Positions 24,200-38,000 of a stretch of DNA of 64,000 nt are shown one piece after another (the first letter of the stretch is position 1; the number at the start of each line of letters is the position of its first letter). Both the position numbers and the translations under genes were made by a program. Location of the stretch: NCBI GenBank assembly GCA_043228905.1, contig JBHGNT010000011.1:8184001-8248000 (forward strand). Reading direction: 5' to 3'. Origin of the DNA: Azolla caroliniana. Its lineage: Eukaryota > Plantae > Polypodiophyta. The notes under the pieces were generated by a model, which was not told the DNA's origin, did not search any database, and was given only the letters and a program-made list of their open reading frames with translations.

Positions 24200-25315
24200 G
24201 TATATTTGCTGAATGGAATGAAGGAATGGTTTATTTGATTCCAAAGCCAGATGGTATGGTGATGATATTAACAAATGGAGGCCTATAACTATTTTAAATA
24301 CAGTATATAAAGTTTATGCTAAGTTATTAGCTACATGTTTGTAGCCTTTTCTTCCGCATACAATGCATAAATGATAATATCTTTGTGTTTTCGGAGATGG
24401 TAGCAATAGTACGAGAAACAAAACAAGATCTAACAATATTGCTTTTGGATTTTGTGAAAGCTTATGACAGATTCGATTGTAAATTTTTATATGAGGTTAT
24501 GGATTGCCTAGGTTCTCTAGTTGTCTAGGTAAAGGTTGTTTATGTATTATATAATTCAACATATAGTCAAGTTCTTGTTGGAGAACTAGGTAGTAATTTC
24601 CCGATTACTAGATTAGTGAGACAAGGATGTCATTTGGCTCCATATTTATTTCTATTTGTAGGAGACACCTTTAGTGCATTCGTGAATAACAATCGGCAAT
24701 GGTTTCGTTTGAACCGAACCGAACCGCGAAACCACGCCTTAATGGTTTAAACGGTTCGGGTCGGTTTCAATAGTTAGAAACCACGGTTTAAATGGTTTTC
24801 TATTTTTTATTGTTTTTAAATTTAAAAAAAATTAAAAAAATTGTTTGTAAACAATCTTTTCATTTTCATGCCTTATTCTCACATTTTTAGAAAATCTTTA
24901 AAATTTTGAAAATTTAAATAATGAAATATTTAAATTTTAATATTTTTAAAATTTTAAAATTTAAATTTGACCTAACCTAAAACCGAAACCGAACCACAAA
25001 ACCGTGGTTTTACCGGTTTGAATTTTTTGAATAGTTCGGTTCGGTTTCAAACTGGTTTGGTTTTGACCCTCTCGAACCAAACCGAACCATCACCAATTGT
25101 TATTCGTGAATAGAAATATTTTATATATTAAGGGTATACAATGGCCAAGTGTGGAGGAGGCTGTGTGAGACTATGAATTTGCAGATGAGATAGCTTTGTA
25201 TGTTTTAGGAGATGACAAAAATCTTTGTAATGCACAAATTGTGATCCATGATTTTTGTGATGCTTCAGGTGCTATTATTAATTGGCATAATTCAATGGGA
25301 TTTTGGGTTGGGGTG
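24200..25315 (+). pseudogene. Degenerate L1-type LINE RT fragment interrupted by a MITE
   Basis: WRPITILNTVYKVYAK, LLLDFVKAYD, LVRQGCHLAPYLF, then after the MITE EFADEIALY...ASGAIINW. Confidence 0.75.
24687..25102. mobile_element. hAT-type MITE (416 bp)
   Basis: 8-bp TSD TTCGTGAA (24679-24686 and 25103-25110), imperfect TIRs TAACAATCGG.../...CCAATTGTTA, subterminal AACCG/CGGTT motifs and an AT-rich core. Confidence 0.85.
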
Positions 25316-25323
25316 ATGAGGAC

Positions 25324-27290
25324 ATGTAGGTTAGTGTCAAGTAAACAACATAGTAAACTAGTGAGTAGATATGTGCACTGTAAATAAAATCAAGAGGATG
25401 ACACCGAGAAACAGTTACATAGAAAGTTAGCTCAAAAATAAACTCTGTTGTTCCTTCCAAAACTCTCTCACCATAAGTTCCAATGACTTAGCTAGGCTTT
25501 AAATAGTTAAGCCCTAACTAGTTCGTGTGTTCACACGAGATACAAATGGGTAGAGTTGGCCTTTTATGCCAACAGACTCCCTCGTAAAAGGACTACTCTA
25601 TATTGGTATACAATTTGTTGGGGTTATCTTCCCCGTAAACCTAGATTACAATTTGAATCTCAAAGTACAATTGCATAATTACAAGTAGGCCGGCTTACGG
25701 CCGAATCAACAAAGGTTAAATCTGAATTTAGCCTAATTCAGCTGCTATTCGGATCCGGTATCGTTCAGACTGGCTCTCCGGATCGGATCGAGTTTGATTC
25801 CTGCTTTTGGCCTCTAGTCGTCCTTTGGTTCTCCACTTGCACTCACTCCTGTGCTCCTCGCTGGATCCTTGATCGGTCTTTGGCTTCACTTGCCCCTCGA
25901 TCGTCTCCTTTCTAGTCGACTTCCTCGCACACTGTTACGTCCTTAGCCTCTTGGCTTTCCAGCTTCTTTGCCTTTGCCTTTGTTGGCTTGGCCAGTTTTT
26001 GAGTTACCTGTTGCATCTGTTTATTTGGCTCTTTGCTGGTCGTCACTTGTAGTCCCATATGCTCTCTTAGTGCTCCGAAGTGTTGTTCTAGAGTGGCTTC
26101 GTTAGGCTGTTGGCGATATTCACCTTGATGTTTATATTTCGAACTTCGAGGTTTTTCTCTATTATGAGCTTCCAGATGTGATGGTACCGTACCTTAATAT
26201 GCTTTTTTCTTGCATGATAAACCAGATTCCGGATGAGGTGTATTGTGCTTTGTGAGTCACAATGCCCGGTCAACGCCGAATGGTCGATTTGGCTTTTTGC
26301 TGAAAAATTGATTGACTATCGGTGGAGCCAGATCGCGTCCTTGACTATCTCCAAAACGACTATATAGTCGTCCTTTTTTGTCGAGAGTGTTGTGCATTCT
26401 TGAAGCTTTGACCTCCAGGATATGGCTCCGCCACCATAGGTGAATACGTACCCAAATGTGGATTTCCGATTATCTTGATTGCCGACATAGTCAGAATCCA
26501 TGTAGCCTTCAACTTTGGTCAGATTATCTGATGTGAATGTTAGCTGTGGATCTTCAACTCCTCATAGGTACCTAAAGATGTTCTTCACAACTTCCCAATG
26601 CTTTCGTCCGGGATTGGACATGTACCGGCCGACGACCCCTAAGACATATGCAAGGTCGGGTCGGGTTGGGTCGTCACCATTGTGTACATAATACTTCTTA
26701 TGGCTGATGCGTAGGATATTCTACTTATGAGCTCTCTCTCCTCTTCCGTCGAAGGAGAGTCTCTGCCCGATAGTTGATATGATGTTGGACGCGGAGTTGG
26801 TGCCGGCTTCGTGTTCTCCATGTTGAATTGCCTCAGCACCTTCCGGATGTAGTCGGACTGCCATCCGATTTCGCTCCTATTCGAATGCCCAATATGTGTC
26901 AGGCTTGTGCAAGCTCCTTCATTGTGAATTTCTCAAGACGGTTCTGTTTCAACTTTTTGATTTGAGCTCGATTGTTGCCGGAGATGAGCATGTCTTCGAC
27001 ATATAGGATCAGATAGATCCAGGACTCGTTGGCTAGTTGCAAGATATAATACATACATGGGTTAGAGTCCAATCGGCCATAACCAAGCTACCATATATAG
27101 GTATCAAATTTTTGGTAGCACATTCATGGCGCGGCGAGTTGATCTTGCTCCCTTGTCGCCCTGAAGCCTTCCGGTTGAGACATGTACATGTCTTTGTCGA
27201 GATCTCCGTGTAGGAAGACTGTCTTGACATCGAGTTGTTCAAGCTCTAGGTCTTCGAGGATGATGATGGTGCGAATGGCCCACCGAAAAT
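25324..27290 (-). mobile_element. Decayed copia 3' part (RT/RNase H, possible LTR at about 25324-25612)
   Basis: LEQLDVKTVFLHGDL, ISYASAIRSIMY, DSDYVGNQDNRKSTFGYVFTYGGGAISWRSK, CDSQSTIHL...HIKVRYH. LTR limits are uncertain. Confidence 0.8.
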
Positions 27291-27387
27291 TGGGCCAAAG
27301 TGAAAAGGGTATATGCCAGCGACATGACAAGAGGAGGAAGAGAATCTTGTCGACAATGTCATGGCCCATGAGGGACGATAGAAGGAG

Positions 27388-27705
27388 TGTTGAGAGATCA
27401 AGCTCAACTTAGTTTAGTTAGTTAGTCAACCATGTAACTTTGTAGTTACCTAGATAGAATCTAGTTAGAAGTATTGACTATAACGCCTTAAATAGGACCT
27501 TGTACTTAAGTGGGATATTCTAGATCATCCACTCCTAAGTACATTTAATATAGGACTTACACATTAGTACCTATATTCTACTCACACATGTGCACCTTTG
27601 TGCACGAGATGTATATATACCTCATTTTGGGTATTTTTGTATTTGATGATGCTAATGCTAATTTAACATAGTTACTCATCCCCCATCTTGTGTTGTTCAT
27701 AAGCG

Positions 27706-27739
<34 letters not shown>

Positions 27740-30700
27740 TCTTACACACATACACACATATCACATAATCTTCCGTGCTTAACTTAATCACATAATTAGG
27801 TACTAATTAACCCTTGCTTAATTACCTAATTATTAACATGGTATTAGAGCGTGTGGTTTAGAAAATCCACTAAACCCACCCAACTCTTCGTAATTGTGTG
27901 TTCGAAATGCCGACGACAAATTCCGGCCATTCGCTACCGTAGTGCCGCTACGTAGCACGTACAAGTGATCAAAGGAAGAAAAACAAAAGAAGAGAAGACA
28001 CAATCAACATGAACACACAAATGGGTAGCTCGCTCCCTAGCGAAAAGCTAGACCGGAGCAATTATTCATCTTGGGAGTACAAGATGACCAAATACCTTGT
28101 CGGCCAAGGGTATTGGAGCTACATTAACGGTGCACTCGAAAACAAGCCCGACTCAAAGAATGCCGACTAGGCAACATGGGAGCAAGCGGCGAGTCGAGTA
28201 ATGCATTGCTTGGCAACATGTGTCCACGACCACATGCTTAGCCACATACGAGACGCCAAAACGCCTAAAGAAGTGTGGGCGAATTTAAAGAAAATTTTCG
28301 CCGCCAACACGACCGGCCGAAAGCTTCAACTCCGACAAGAGTTGAACAACATTCGGCAAGAAGATATGTCTGTGTCGGATTACACCGCCAAGCTCAAGAG
28401 CATTTGCGACTCACTTGGCTCCATCAACATAAACGTCAACGAAGACTAGATGGTTCAAGTATGCTTGGGCGGCCTCGCACAACGATTCGATCCATTATGG
28501 ATGGCAATCTTGGCGAGAGAAAACCCTCCTTCATTCTTCGACCTCCAATCAATGCTATTGGTCGAAGAGAACCACGTCTGAACCAAAAGCAAGACGTCAG
28601 AAGGACAAATGTTCCTTCTCGAATTCGGATGGTGGCCGAGGAGGAGGTCACAACGGTAGAAGAGTCAATTCGGCCCATCACACGAAAGGAATTCAAACCT
28701 TCACGGAAGAAGGGGGAGCTTCCACACCGAACATGGTTGGCAAATGAGGCCTGCAACTTGCAACTATTGAGGCAAAATCGGCCACTGCGAGGAGGAATGC
28801 CGAAAAAGAAGAAGCGAGTCGGCTTCCACAAATCGACAACACACGAATTACGCCATCAACTCCGAATACGATGATTACGACAGACTATTCATAATGAGGC
28901 ATAGAGCGAACTCTATGACGGCCTATGACTCCGCAAGAACCTCCAATTCGAAAGACGTGTGGTTCGTCGATTCCGGCGCCTCACATCACATGACATCTCA
29001 CGAAGAGTGGTTTCGTGATTTATGAACGCTAGATCGACCTGGCTTCATAGAGGTGGGAAACGACACCACGCACCCCATTCGTCACATCGGCAATGTCCCA
29101 TTCGGGAATGAAGGCGAGCAAACTTGCATCAAGAATGTATTGCACGTGCCCACAATAACGAAGAATTTGGTCTCGGTCGGCCAAATCCTGGAGCAAGGCA
29201 TGCAAGTCTGCTTCAACAACGAAGGTTGTTTCATTGAGAAAGATGGCTGACTCATAGCTAAGGGGCGAAGAGACAACCAAATGTTCATCCTTGATACGAA
29301 CGAGGTGAAATCGGCAATGTACGCCAAAGGTCTCAAAACTGAGACAAGCATCGATTTGTGGCACAAGAGAATCGGCCACATAAACCTCCAATAGCTTCGA
29401 GCGATGCAAACCAAGGGAGTCGTCATCGGACTTTCGACATTCGAGTCGAAACGAGTCGACCGAGTATACGAAGCGTGTCAACTCGGCAAACAACATCGAC
29501 TCCCATTCCCGAAGGAGAGCTCCGCAAGCAAAGGCCTCCTCGACATCATACACTCGGATGTATGGGGACCGGCTCAAACGTCGACGATCGGCGGATGCCG
29601 ATACTACGTAACCTTCATCGACGACTACTCGTGCTACACGTGGATCTACCCGATGAAGAAGAAGAGCGAAGTGTTCTCCCACTTCCAAAAGCTCAAGGGG
29701 CAAGTCGAAAAAGAAACTGGTCGGCACATTCGATGCCTACGATCGGATGGAGGCAAGGAGTACTTCTTCGACGAATTCACCTCCTACCTCCAAAGTGAAG
29801 GCATTCGAAGAGAATTCTCGTGCCGACACATCCCCCAACAAAATGGAGTCGCCGAAAGGAAAAATCGGCAAATACTCGAGGTAGCACTTGCCATGATGCA
29901 TGAGAAGCACATGCCAAATTTCTATTGGGCTGAAGCGGCATCCACGGCTGTCTATCTCATGAACCGATGCACCACTAATGGAGTCCATGAGCTAACTCCA
30001 TATGAGCTCCTCGTCGGAAGGAAGCCGATCCTGTCACACCTCAAGGTGTTCGGAAGCATTGCGAATGTACGCATCCCGAACGAACAATGACAGAAGCCCG
30101 ACGCGAAGTCGGAGGAATGTATCCTCATAGGATACTCGTCCGAGAAGAAGGCATACAAGTGCCACAACCCTTCTACCCGAGTGGTTTGGGTAAGTTGAGA
30201 CGTAGTCTTCGACGAGTCTGCATCTTGGTACGCACCAGAGACAACTTCGACTCTGACTCCGCTCGACCCGAAATCCGCCGAACAAGAGGTAGAAGATGGA
30301 GATCGCTTCGAACACATGTTCGAAGAAAGTTCGATTATGGCAAAGCCTAGTGGGCGACAAGAGCCCCCACGTGACCCAAGCATGTCGCGGCCAAGTACGA
30401 ACTTGGACAAAGGCAAAGGTAAGATGCCCGAATACGAAGTCGATCACCCTGACGACAATGATTAAGATGGATCGGCTCCCTCACTAGATAGTGAGTTCGG
30501 TGTACCCATCATGCAGACACCCGGAGTAAAGAAGGCGCTCACATCGGCGAGCGAAAAACTTCGATGCTCATCTAGAGCTAAGAACTCCGTCACGCGGCTC
30601 GGCTACAACGAGTATATGGCCCACCACTATGCCTTCGCGATGAAGGTAGCGGCCGAACAAGAGCCCAAGAGCTCCACCAAATCAGCTCGTCACCCACGAT

Positions 30701-31343
30701 GGGTGGAAGTAGTCAGCCTTCGCCCACACACTACAAGCCTTCGTCACCGGCTTGAGGGGGAGGACCCGAGATTGCCACGGAGAAGAAAGCCGAAGGTCGG
30801 ACGGAAGCCGCACAGAAGCCAACATCGAAAGCCGGACAATGCCGAAAACAACGCCGGATGTAAGACACCTCACACTTGAGCTTGAGGGGGCGTGTTGAGA
30901 GATCAAGCTCAACTTAGTTTAGTTAGTAAGTCAACCATGTAACTTCGTAGTTACCTAGATAGAATCTAGTTAGAAGTGTTGACTATAACGCCTTAAATAG
31001 GACCTTGTACTTAAGTGGAATATTCTAGATCCTCCACTCCTAAGTATATTTAATATAGGACTTACACATTAGTACCTATATTCTAGTCACACATGTGCAC
31101 CTTTGCACATGAGATGTATATATACCTCATTGTGGGTATTTTTGTATTTGATGATGCTAATGCTAATTTACAATAGTTACTCATCCCCCATCTTGTGTTG
31201 TTCATAAGCGTATCTCTCTCTCTCTCTCTCTCTCTCTCTTCCTCTCACACACATACACACACATATCACATAATCTTCCACGCTTAACTTAATCACATAA
31301 TTAGGTACTAATTAACCCTTGCTTAATTACCTAATTATTAACA
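27388..31343 (+). mobile_element. Ty1/copia element with RT/RNase H deleted
   Basis: LTRs 27388-27838 and 30893-31343 (451 bp each), TSD AGGAG, Met PBS TGGTATTAGAGC at 27839-27850, PPT at about 30878-30892. Gag, protease (WFVDSGASHHMT) and integrase (HSDVWGP, LRSDGGKEY, QNGVAERKNR) are present; RT is absent. Confidence 0.92.
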
Positions 31344-31719
31344 AGGAGGAAGAGATGCGGCAACACACCACCACTGAAGGGAGAGCGCTTGAAGAAGGAA
31401 GGTTCCACAGTACTCGACATAGAAGCCTTGATGAGAGAGGCATTCAAGAACTTAAAGGCGCAAGTCGAGGCTCAAGAGAAGCTTAAAATGGAGACAAAAG
31501 CAAGGCGAATGGTGATCGAGGAAGAAGAGACCTCTCGACAAATGCGGGTTAATGAAGTGCCCGATACGAAGGCTCAGGTTCGGTATGATTGTACCACGAG
31601 AGAAGGTGCAGAAAAAGTCATCTTCTTCTCTTGCAGAGAAACAACGGCCAAGGATGAGGCCAATGACTCAAAGACGAATGTTTCAGAGCATGCATTGTGT
31701 TCGAAACATAGCGCGTGAT

Positions 31720-32940
31720 ACCCTTTCTCCCCTCTCTCTTCTCCTTTTTATCCCCATCCTCCTGTCAATTCGCTTTATTCCCTATCCCCCCTTGACAGAG
31801 ATACACACAATCCCCTAATAAATGTGTGCTGCTTAGTATTTACATCCACCGATCCATTTATGAATCGTGTACAAAATGTCAAGTCACACGTCTATCCGTG
31901 TAAGAGCCGGTTTATGCACTTACTCACCAATTCCGCCTATGGCCGGTTTTCTTCACGACATCCACCCCCACTAAACCACGCATCCACCGGTATGCGCCAG
32001 AGATGGGTAGATACCGAAGAAACCCGGCCTCACTCGTTGCTCTCCGATTCTCCGCCGGACCCGAACTGATCGTCGTTGTTGCTCCCACTCGCAGGCTCTG
32101 GCTCGTCTTCGAACCGCTTTTTGAACGCTTTGATCCGCTTTCCGGCCACCGGCACCGCTAACTGTGTCCTGTCGAGTTCCGCGAGGTGGTACGTGCCGTT
32201 GTCGTTCGCACTCATCACCGTGTAGGGCCCGAACCATCTCCTAGCGAACTTTCGCACCGCCTTGTGCTGATTGTTGAGGCTGCTGTTGTATACCAAGTCC
32301 CAGTCGCCTTCCTCGATCTTCTTTGGTTGCAACCGGTGCGTCCGGTTGAACCGGGTCTTGTTCCGCTCCCTTGCCACTCGCAGCTTTTCCTTCGCCTGTA
32401 TCACGTCCTCCGGCCTCCGCTGGAGTTGCCGAATCCGCGCCGCCAGCAACTCCTCCTGGCTCATTTCGTCCTTCCAATCTACCGCCGCCCATGAAGAAAC
32501 CGTCCGTTCCACCGGGATGATCGGCTTCTGTCCGTACATCTGGAAACCATGCTGAGTATCTGCAGGCAGTCCCGATCAGATAATTCTTGTCGGCCTTGAC
32601 TGCCGAAATGACACCCCAAAGTTCGCGCTTAACTTGGGTGTATCCTCGCTGCCGCTCGCTCAATACCTTCGCCCCGAACCAGATCAGGAATCGTACGCCG
32701 TCCTTGTCCTCCTGACGGATTACCCACCCGATCCCGGTCGGGCTGGTGTCCACCGTCACGTAGATGGGAACATCCTTGCCGTAAACCGCTTTACGGAGAG
32801 CCGGCACTACTGTAAGCGCCTCCTTTAGTCTCCGTACGGACTCCGTGTGCTCCGTTCTCCACTCAAAGCTACGCCCCTTTTTCAATAGTCTGTAGAGGGG
32901 TTCCGCGACATGTGCGTAGTGCGGGATCCAGATGTGGTAC
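31720..32940 (-). mobile_element. Truncated gypsy fragment of the Trp-primed family (partial LTR, integrase tail, RNase H)
   Basis: LTR end CTTCACGACA at 31960 followed by the PPT complement; ORFs 32030-32539 (WFGPY) and 32241-32885 (VTVDTSPTGIGW) joined by an internal deletion. Confidence 0.85.
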
Positions 32941-33099
32941 TACTAACAAAGTACTTCATGGTCACTTATGAGCTCTAACATTAAACCACCTATAATTATA
33001 TTTCTATTACTAAAATAGGAATATAGGTCCTAATGGCATGTCGGTTTCTAGCCGAATTCTTTTAGCCGATTCGGTTCATGTTGAGCTTGTCACTCAACA

Positions 33100-33329
33100 T
33101 TGTTCAACAACCAACATATCATCTACATAAAGTAAGAGAATCAAGAAATCCCCTTCATCTTACCTCTTCATCAAAACACAACGATTGGCTTGTGTTTTGT
33201 GGAATTGTTGTTTCAGCATGAAGGATTCAAACTTCTTATATCACTGTTGAGGGGCTTGTTTCAATCCATACAAGCTCTTCCTTAAACTCCATACAGGCTT
33301 CTCATTTCCTTTCACCTCAAAACCCTCAA
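33100..33329 (-). pseudogene. Copia RT fragment (host site of the DNA-transposon-like unit)
   Basis: EGFEVKGNEKPVWSLRKSLYGLKQAPQQ...LILLLYVDDML; similarity stops abruptly at 33330. Confidence 0.8.
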
Positions 33330-34085
33330 CACGGTCGCGTTCACAAGTGGAAGAATCGCGCATAAATGGAAGGATAAGGAATATTTTGGTTGATTTTAGT
33401 ACTTTTTCAATGATTTTACAAAACACATTGATACCAGTATCATACATGTTCAAATATACTATGAAAAAGGTTAAAAATCTACTATTTTCGTGATTTAGAA
33501 ATAAATAAAAAAAGAGGAATTTCAAAAAGTTACATTCTCAATTTATATCACAAACTTTACAACCAATGTTATTCTATAAGAAATGATTTTTTAGAAATCA
33601 TAAGAATTCAAAAGACATGCTTTTATATTACTCGATTTGTTACAAGCGGAATGTAGTTACATAATAATAGCCAAAACTACATTCATGATCACTCCTTTAC
33701 GAAGAATCACTACTATAACTAATATACAATGACGATTCCTCCTCGTCATCCTCGGATGTACCAATCAGTGCATTATCTTTGTCATAAACCAAATGGTTTG
33801 ACTCTAGATTATATGTAGCAGATCTCGTTTGCCTTCGACTCGAGCCACCTCGTAGACCTGGTCAATTTTCTTTTATTATATCTATTGTTGACTTCATTAA
33901 TCGTCCGGCTTTTGTAAGCGTGAACTTGTACACGATGATATCCACATAAGAGATATCAAGGGTCGAGGTGTTACGAATGTTTCGCTTCCTCTTCCTACCT
34001 CCCCTTGTCGTTCGGCATTCAATCATCTCCAATGTATACTTACCCATAAAAGCATTTGCACTTCTAGTGTTTTACCAATTAACAT

Positions 34086-35034
34086 TGTCGTGAAGATTTT
34101 CAGCAACGGTATGAAAATTGCATGGAATGTACAAAATCGAGTGTGGTTCTTCACACACAATATGAAACAATAATAGGGAAGATACTATTTTATATTAGTT
34201 TAATATCTTGACCGGACAAACGACGACGGAACTGGAACCAGAACGGACGGACAACGATGGAACCGAAACCGGACTAGCGGACAACGACGGAACCGAAACC
34301 AGACTAGTGGACAGCGCCGAACCGGAACCGGGCGGGGACGGTGAACGAATTGGGACCGACACCGGCACCGGAACCGGATCGGATAGACCGGGTAGACAAA
34401 TCGACGATTTTGGTGTGAAACGAACAAAATCATCTCAACTAAACAATCTAGTAAGAATTTGTATACAAAGGGATGCAAGTAAGGCTTGAACCTTGCACGT
34501 CCAAGATAAGAGGGAGTAAACTTACCACTAAGCCAAGTCATTTCTCTAAAAATGATTTTTCTATCATTATACTTTTACATGTAAATTCTCATATTAGAGC
34601 TTGATTGAGTGACATGGTTATCATGCATCATATGTAATGCATGAGCACCAAATGGCAAACATGCATTCCATGCATTGTATGCATGTCTTGTACCCTCACA
34701 TGCATCATATGCATGGGGGCGTCTATAAAAGAGTGGATGAAAAAGATCAAAGGGAGCTATGTATGAATCAAGAATTTAATAAGAAGAAAAATCATTATCC
34801 AATTGATGATATATGTTGTTCTTCAAGTCTAAAGTCTAAAGTCAAGAGTTCAATCTTAATCTCTCTCTCCATTTCAATCGTTCTCAATCTTTGGAATCTT
34901 AATCTCAATGTCTCTTTCTCAATCTATCTTACATCCTTTCTCGCTAAAGCTAGTGCAAACTTCGAATCCTTTAGGTCCAGAACCCCGGCAGTTCCGCCTC
35001 ACGATCCGCACGTAGTGATGGGTTTTTCATGACA
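34086..35034 (+). repeat. 5' LTR of gypsy B
   Basis: Direct repeat of 40829-41752. Confidence 0.9.
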
Positions 35035-35078
35035 CATTTAAGTGGTGAACCTGACGTGAAAGAGGCAGTAGGAAGGAC

Positions 35079-38000
35079 ATGTCGAGGATCGACCGATACT
35101 TGAAGATGGCGTCCTCAAGCAATCAAGCACGAGAGTTCGAAAGGATGATGCTAATTGTCGAACAAATGACAAGATCTCGAGACAACGATGCGAGCGTGGA
35201 GAAGGGCATCGACCATGTCGTAGAGCTCGAGGGTCAATTTTATGGAAGGAAAATTACGAATTTCCTTGATGTATATAGAAGGGAGATGAATAAGAGGGAC
35301 GTGTCTGAAGCGCATCAAATCACAAGTTTCAAGAGAGTGGTCGCCAATAACATCCAAAGATGAGTCACCGAGCTTCAAGAAGGCAAGACAACATGATCCA
35401 AATTCGAGAAAGCGATATTAGCGGAGTTCGCGATGGAAGATTTGTTGAGGATGACTCGACATGCCTTGATGAAGTGGATAGAGAAGAAAAATAAGAATAT
35501 GAGCACCTCGAGAATGTACGATGAATTCGACCAGATGTTTAATCGTCTCCCCGCCACAGACCAAGTGTTCCTTGAGGAGGATAAGACTTTGTACTTCTTG
35601 AAAGTCATGGAGATGAAGGATAGACAAGAATTGGGGACTCTTCTTGAAGATGATACCCAAGCAAACAGGCTTGTGGCAGATTGGATTGCGGTGAAGCGGG
35701 TGTGCAATAGGCTCGACAAGCGTCGCGAGTGGGTTGATGACACCAACTTGGTAGGATAGACTGTGGAAAAAATGAAATAACCGAAAGTCGCTGAACCAGC
35801 CAAACAAAGCAGCCCGGAAGAAAAGAAGATTGATGATGACATCATCGAAGAATTGGTGAAGAAGTTCGAGATGGTCACACTAGCGAACATGAATCGTCGG
35901 GGCTTGAAAGGAAAAGAACCCTTTAGATGTGTGTGGTGCGATAGCTTGGACCACATGAGAAGGGAGTGCGCGAGCCTTCGAGAGGCCATCCGACAAAATA
36001 TAGTATACATGGATGACAACATGATCTGCTCGAGTGAAACTCGAAGACCCCTGCGGGTGAATTTCGGAAGAGGGGGAATGAAGAAATCTGTGGAAGATGC
36101 TGAGGCGATTCATGTGGATGCGATGCACTATGCGGCATCGACAGGAATTTAAGTAGGAAAAGATAAAAATGAAGCTGCTAGAACAAGAACAAAGTTTTGG
36201 TCTTCTGTTCTCGAGCGTAAGAAGAAGGGCAAAATTACATCAGACGATGTAGAGCTTGCGGACCGAAGTGTACAAAGTATCATTGGATGGTCGGATCTGG
36301 TAGATGACAACACCATACTCGCGGAACTGATGTGTGAGAACCACGAGGTGTTCATGGGTGAAAAGAGAAAAAGAATGGAAGGGCAAGATAGCCCATCAAA
36401 AAGACATAAAACAAGGCGCACGAAGAAGAAAGAAGATGTAGAAACGAGTCGAGCTTTACAAAATTTAGAGGAAGGAGACTCAAGCCGGAAAGGGGAGTCG
36501 AAGAAACGGTACGGCCCGTGAAGGTTGGTGTCGAAGTCCCCGCTCGGAAGACAAGAACTATGCCTACCTATAAACTAAAGTCGGACATAGAACAGACGAC
36601 AGACTTGAAGAAGATTCTCGAGGAACGTGTTCTTGATAGCCACGTCACCTTGTCCTTGAGGGAATTGCTCGGAATTACGAAGAAGGACTTCCATGATATG
36701 ATTGTGGACCTCATAAAGAGAAAAAGGAAACAATTGGACGAAGAAGAAGAGAAGCCACTAAAAGCAAAAGCGAATGCCATAACGATGGCAAGAGACGAAG
36801 TCGAGGAAGATATGGTGGACAACCACTATACTCGCCTCATTGGGTGCGAGCAACGACGAAGACGCAAGTAAAGTTGGGGGAAAGAGAAGAGACAGTCGTA
36901 GCGTTAATAGACCATGGGTCCAAAATTAACCTTATGTCGACTGAGGTCTAGAGGAAGGGAAGATGGCCCATAAATACGAATCATGGGTGGAAGATCCGTG
37001 CTGCTACGAAAGCTACCAGAGACTTGTATGGGGCATGTCATAACATCCCCATCATGATTGGTGATGTCGAGAGAGATCAACATTTTTTTGTTCAAGACTT
37101 GGCGTCCCATCCCATCATTCTTGGGCAACCATACATAACATCATCACGGATGGAAACCAAAGTGTTGGACAATGTTGCGGCGTTTGCTGGAGTAAGGAGT
37201 CTTGATGGGAAGAAGGTCGTACAATTCTTGATTGTACGTGCCAACCATGAAAGGATTCGGGATTGTCTCGGAGAAGATGCTTCGGATTTTTAGAGCAAAC
37301 TATTGAAGCATGAGGCACAAATAGTTTGAGCAATCACAAGTCCCCACAAGAAAGTAGAGCACGTGGATTGCAAGGAGAAGCAACATGTGTCACACTTAGT
37401 GGCGCATGTAAACTAGTACTACCCAACAAAAAGGATAAGTGTTGGATACAAGACTTCGAGAAGATGTTGAAAGAAGAAAACATAATAGAAGAAGAAGAAT
37501 TCGTGACTCATATTATGGAAGAAGCCTCATTTAACGACACCATCAGCGAAATTGAGGAAGTCGTGGACTTGAGCTATCTTCACGATCAACACGTGATTTC
37601 GGTTAACTCCGTCAACATGTACGCTATCATCGATGAATACCATCGAAGCATCTTGATGGACGAAGTTGAAGTCAACACAAAATATAAAACAGTGGATAGA
37701 AAGATGAAGCCAGTTGTGGTTCCGCTACCAAAAGATAGCTGGCAAAAGATGAAGGAAGTTGCTAATGATCCAAGCTTAAGGGATCCAAAGGAAATAGGTC
37801 ATGTCTTCACCGAAGAGATAAAAAGAAAGCTATGAGTTGGAAAGGACGATTTCCTCCTCCCTGAAGAGGAGTGAATGTTTCGCAACATGCCTGAGAGACA
37901 TGGGAAGGCTTTCACGTTTTTCCCACAAGAAATCAGATGCGCTGATCCAAGGGCGATAGAACCGATGGTGATCTTCATGGTGTCGCACGGGCCTTGGAAT

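Noticed and set aside
23760-24200. Degenerate local duplication downstream of the host gene
   Set aside because: The duplication is real but low in information, with no coding or structural signal.
31389-31718. 109-aa charged ORF after the copia 3' LTR
   Set aside because: Probably debris of an older retroelement cut by the copia insertion; no diagnostic motif.
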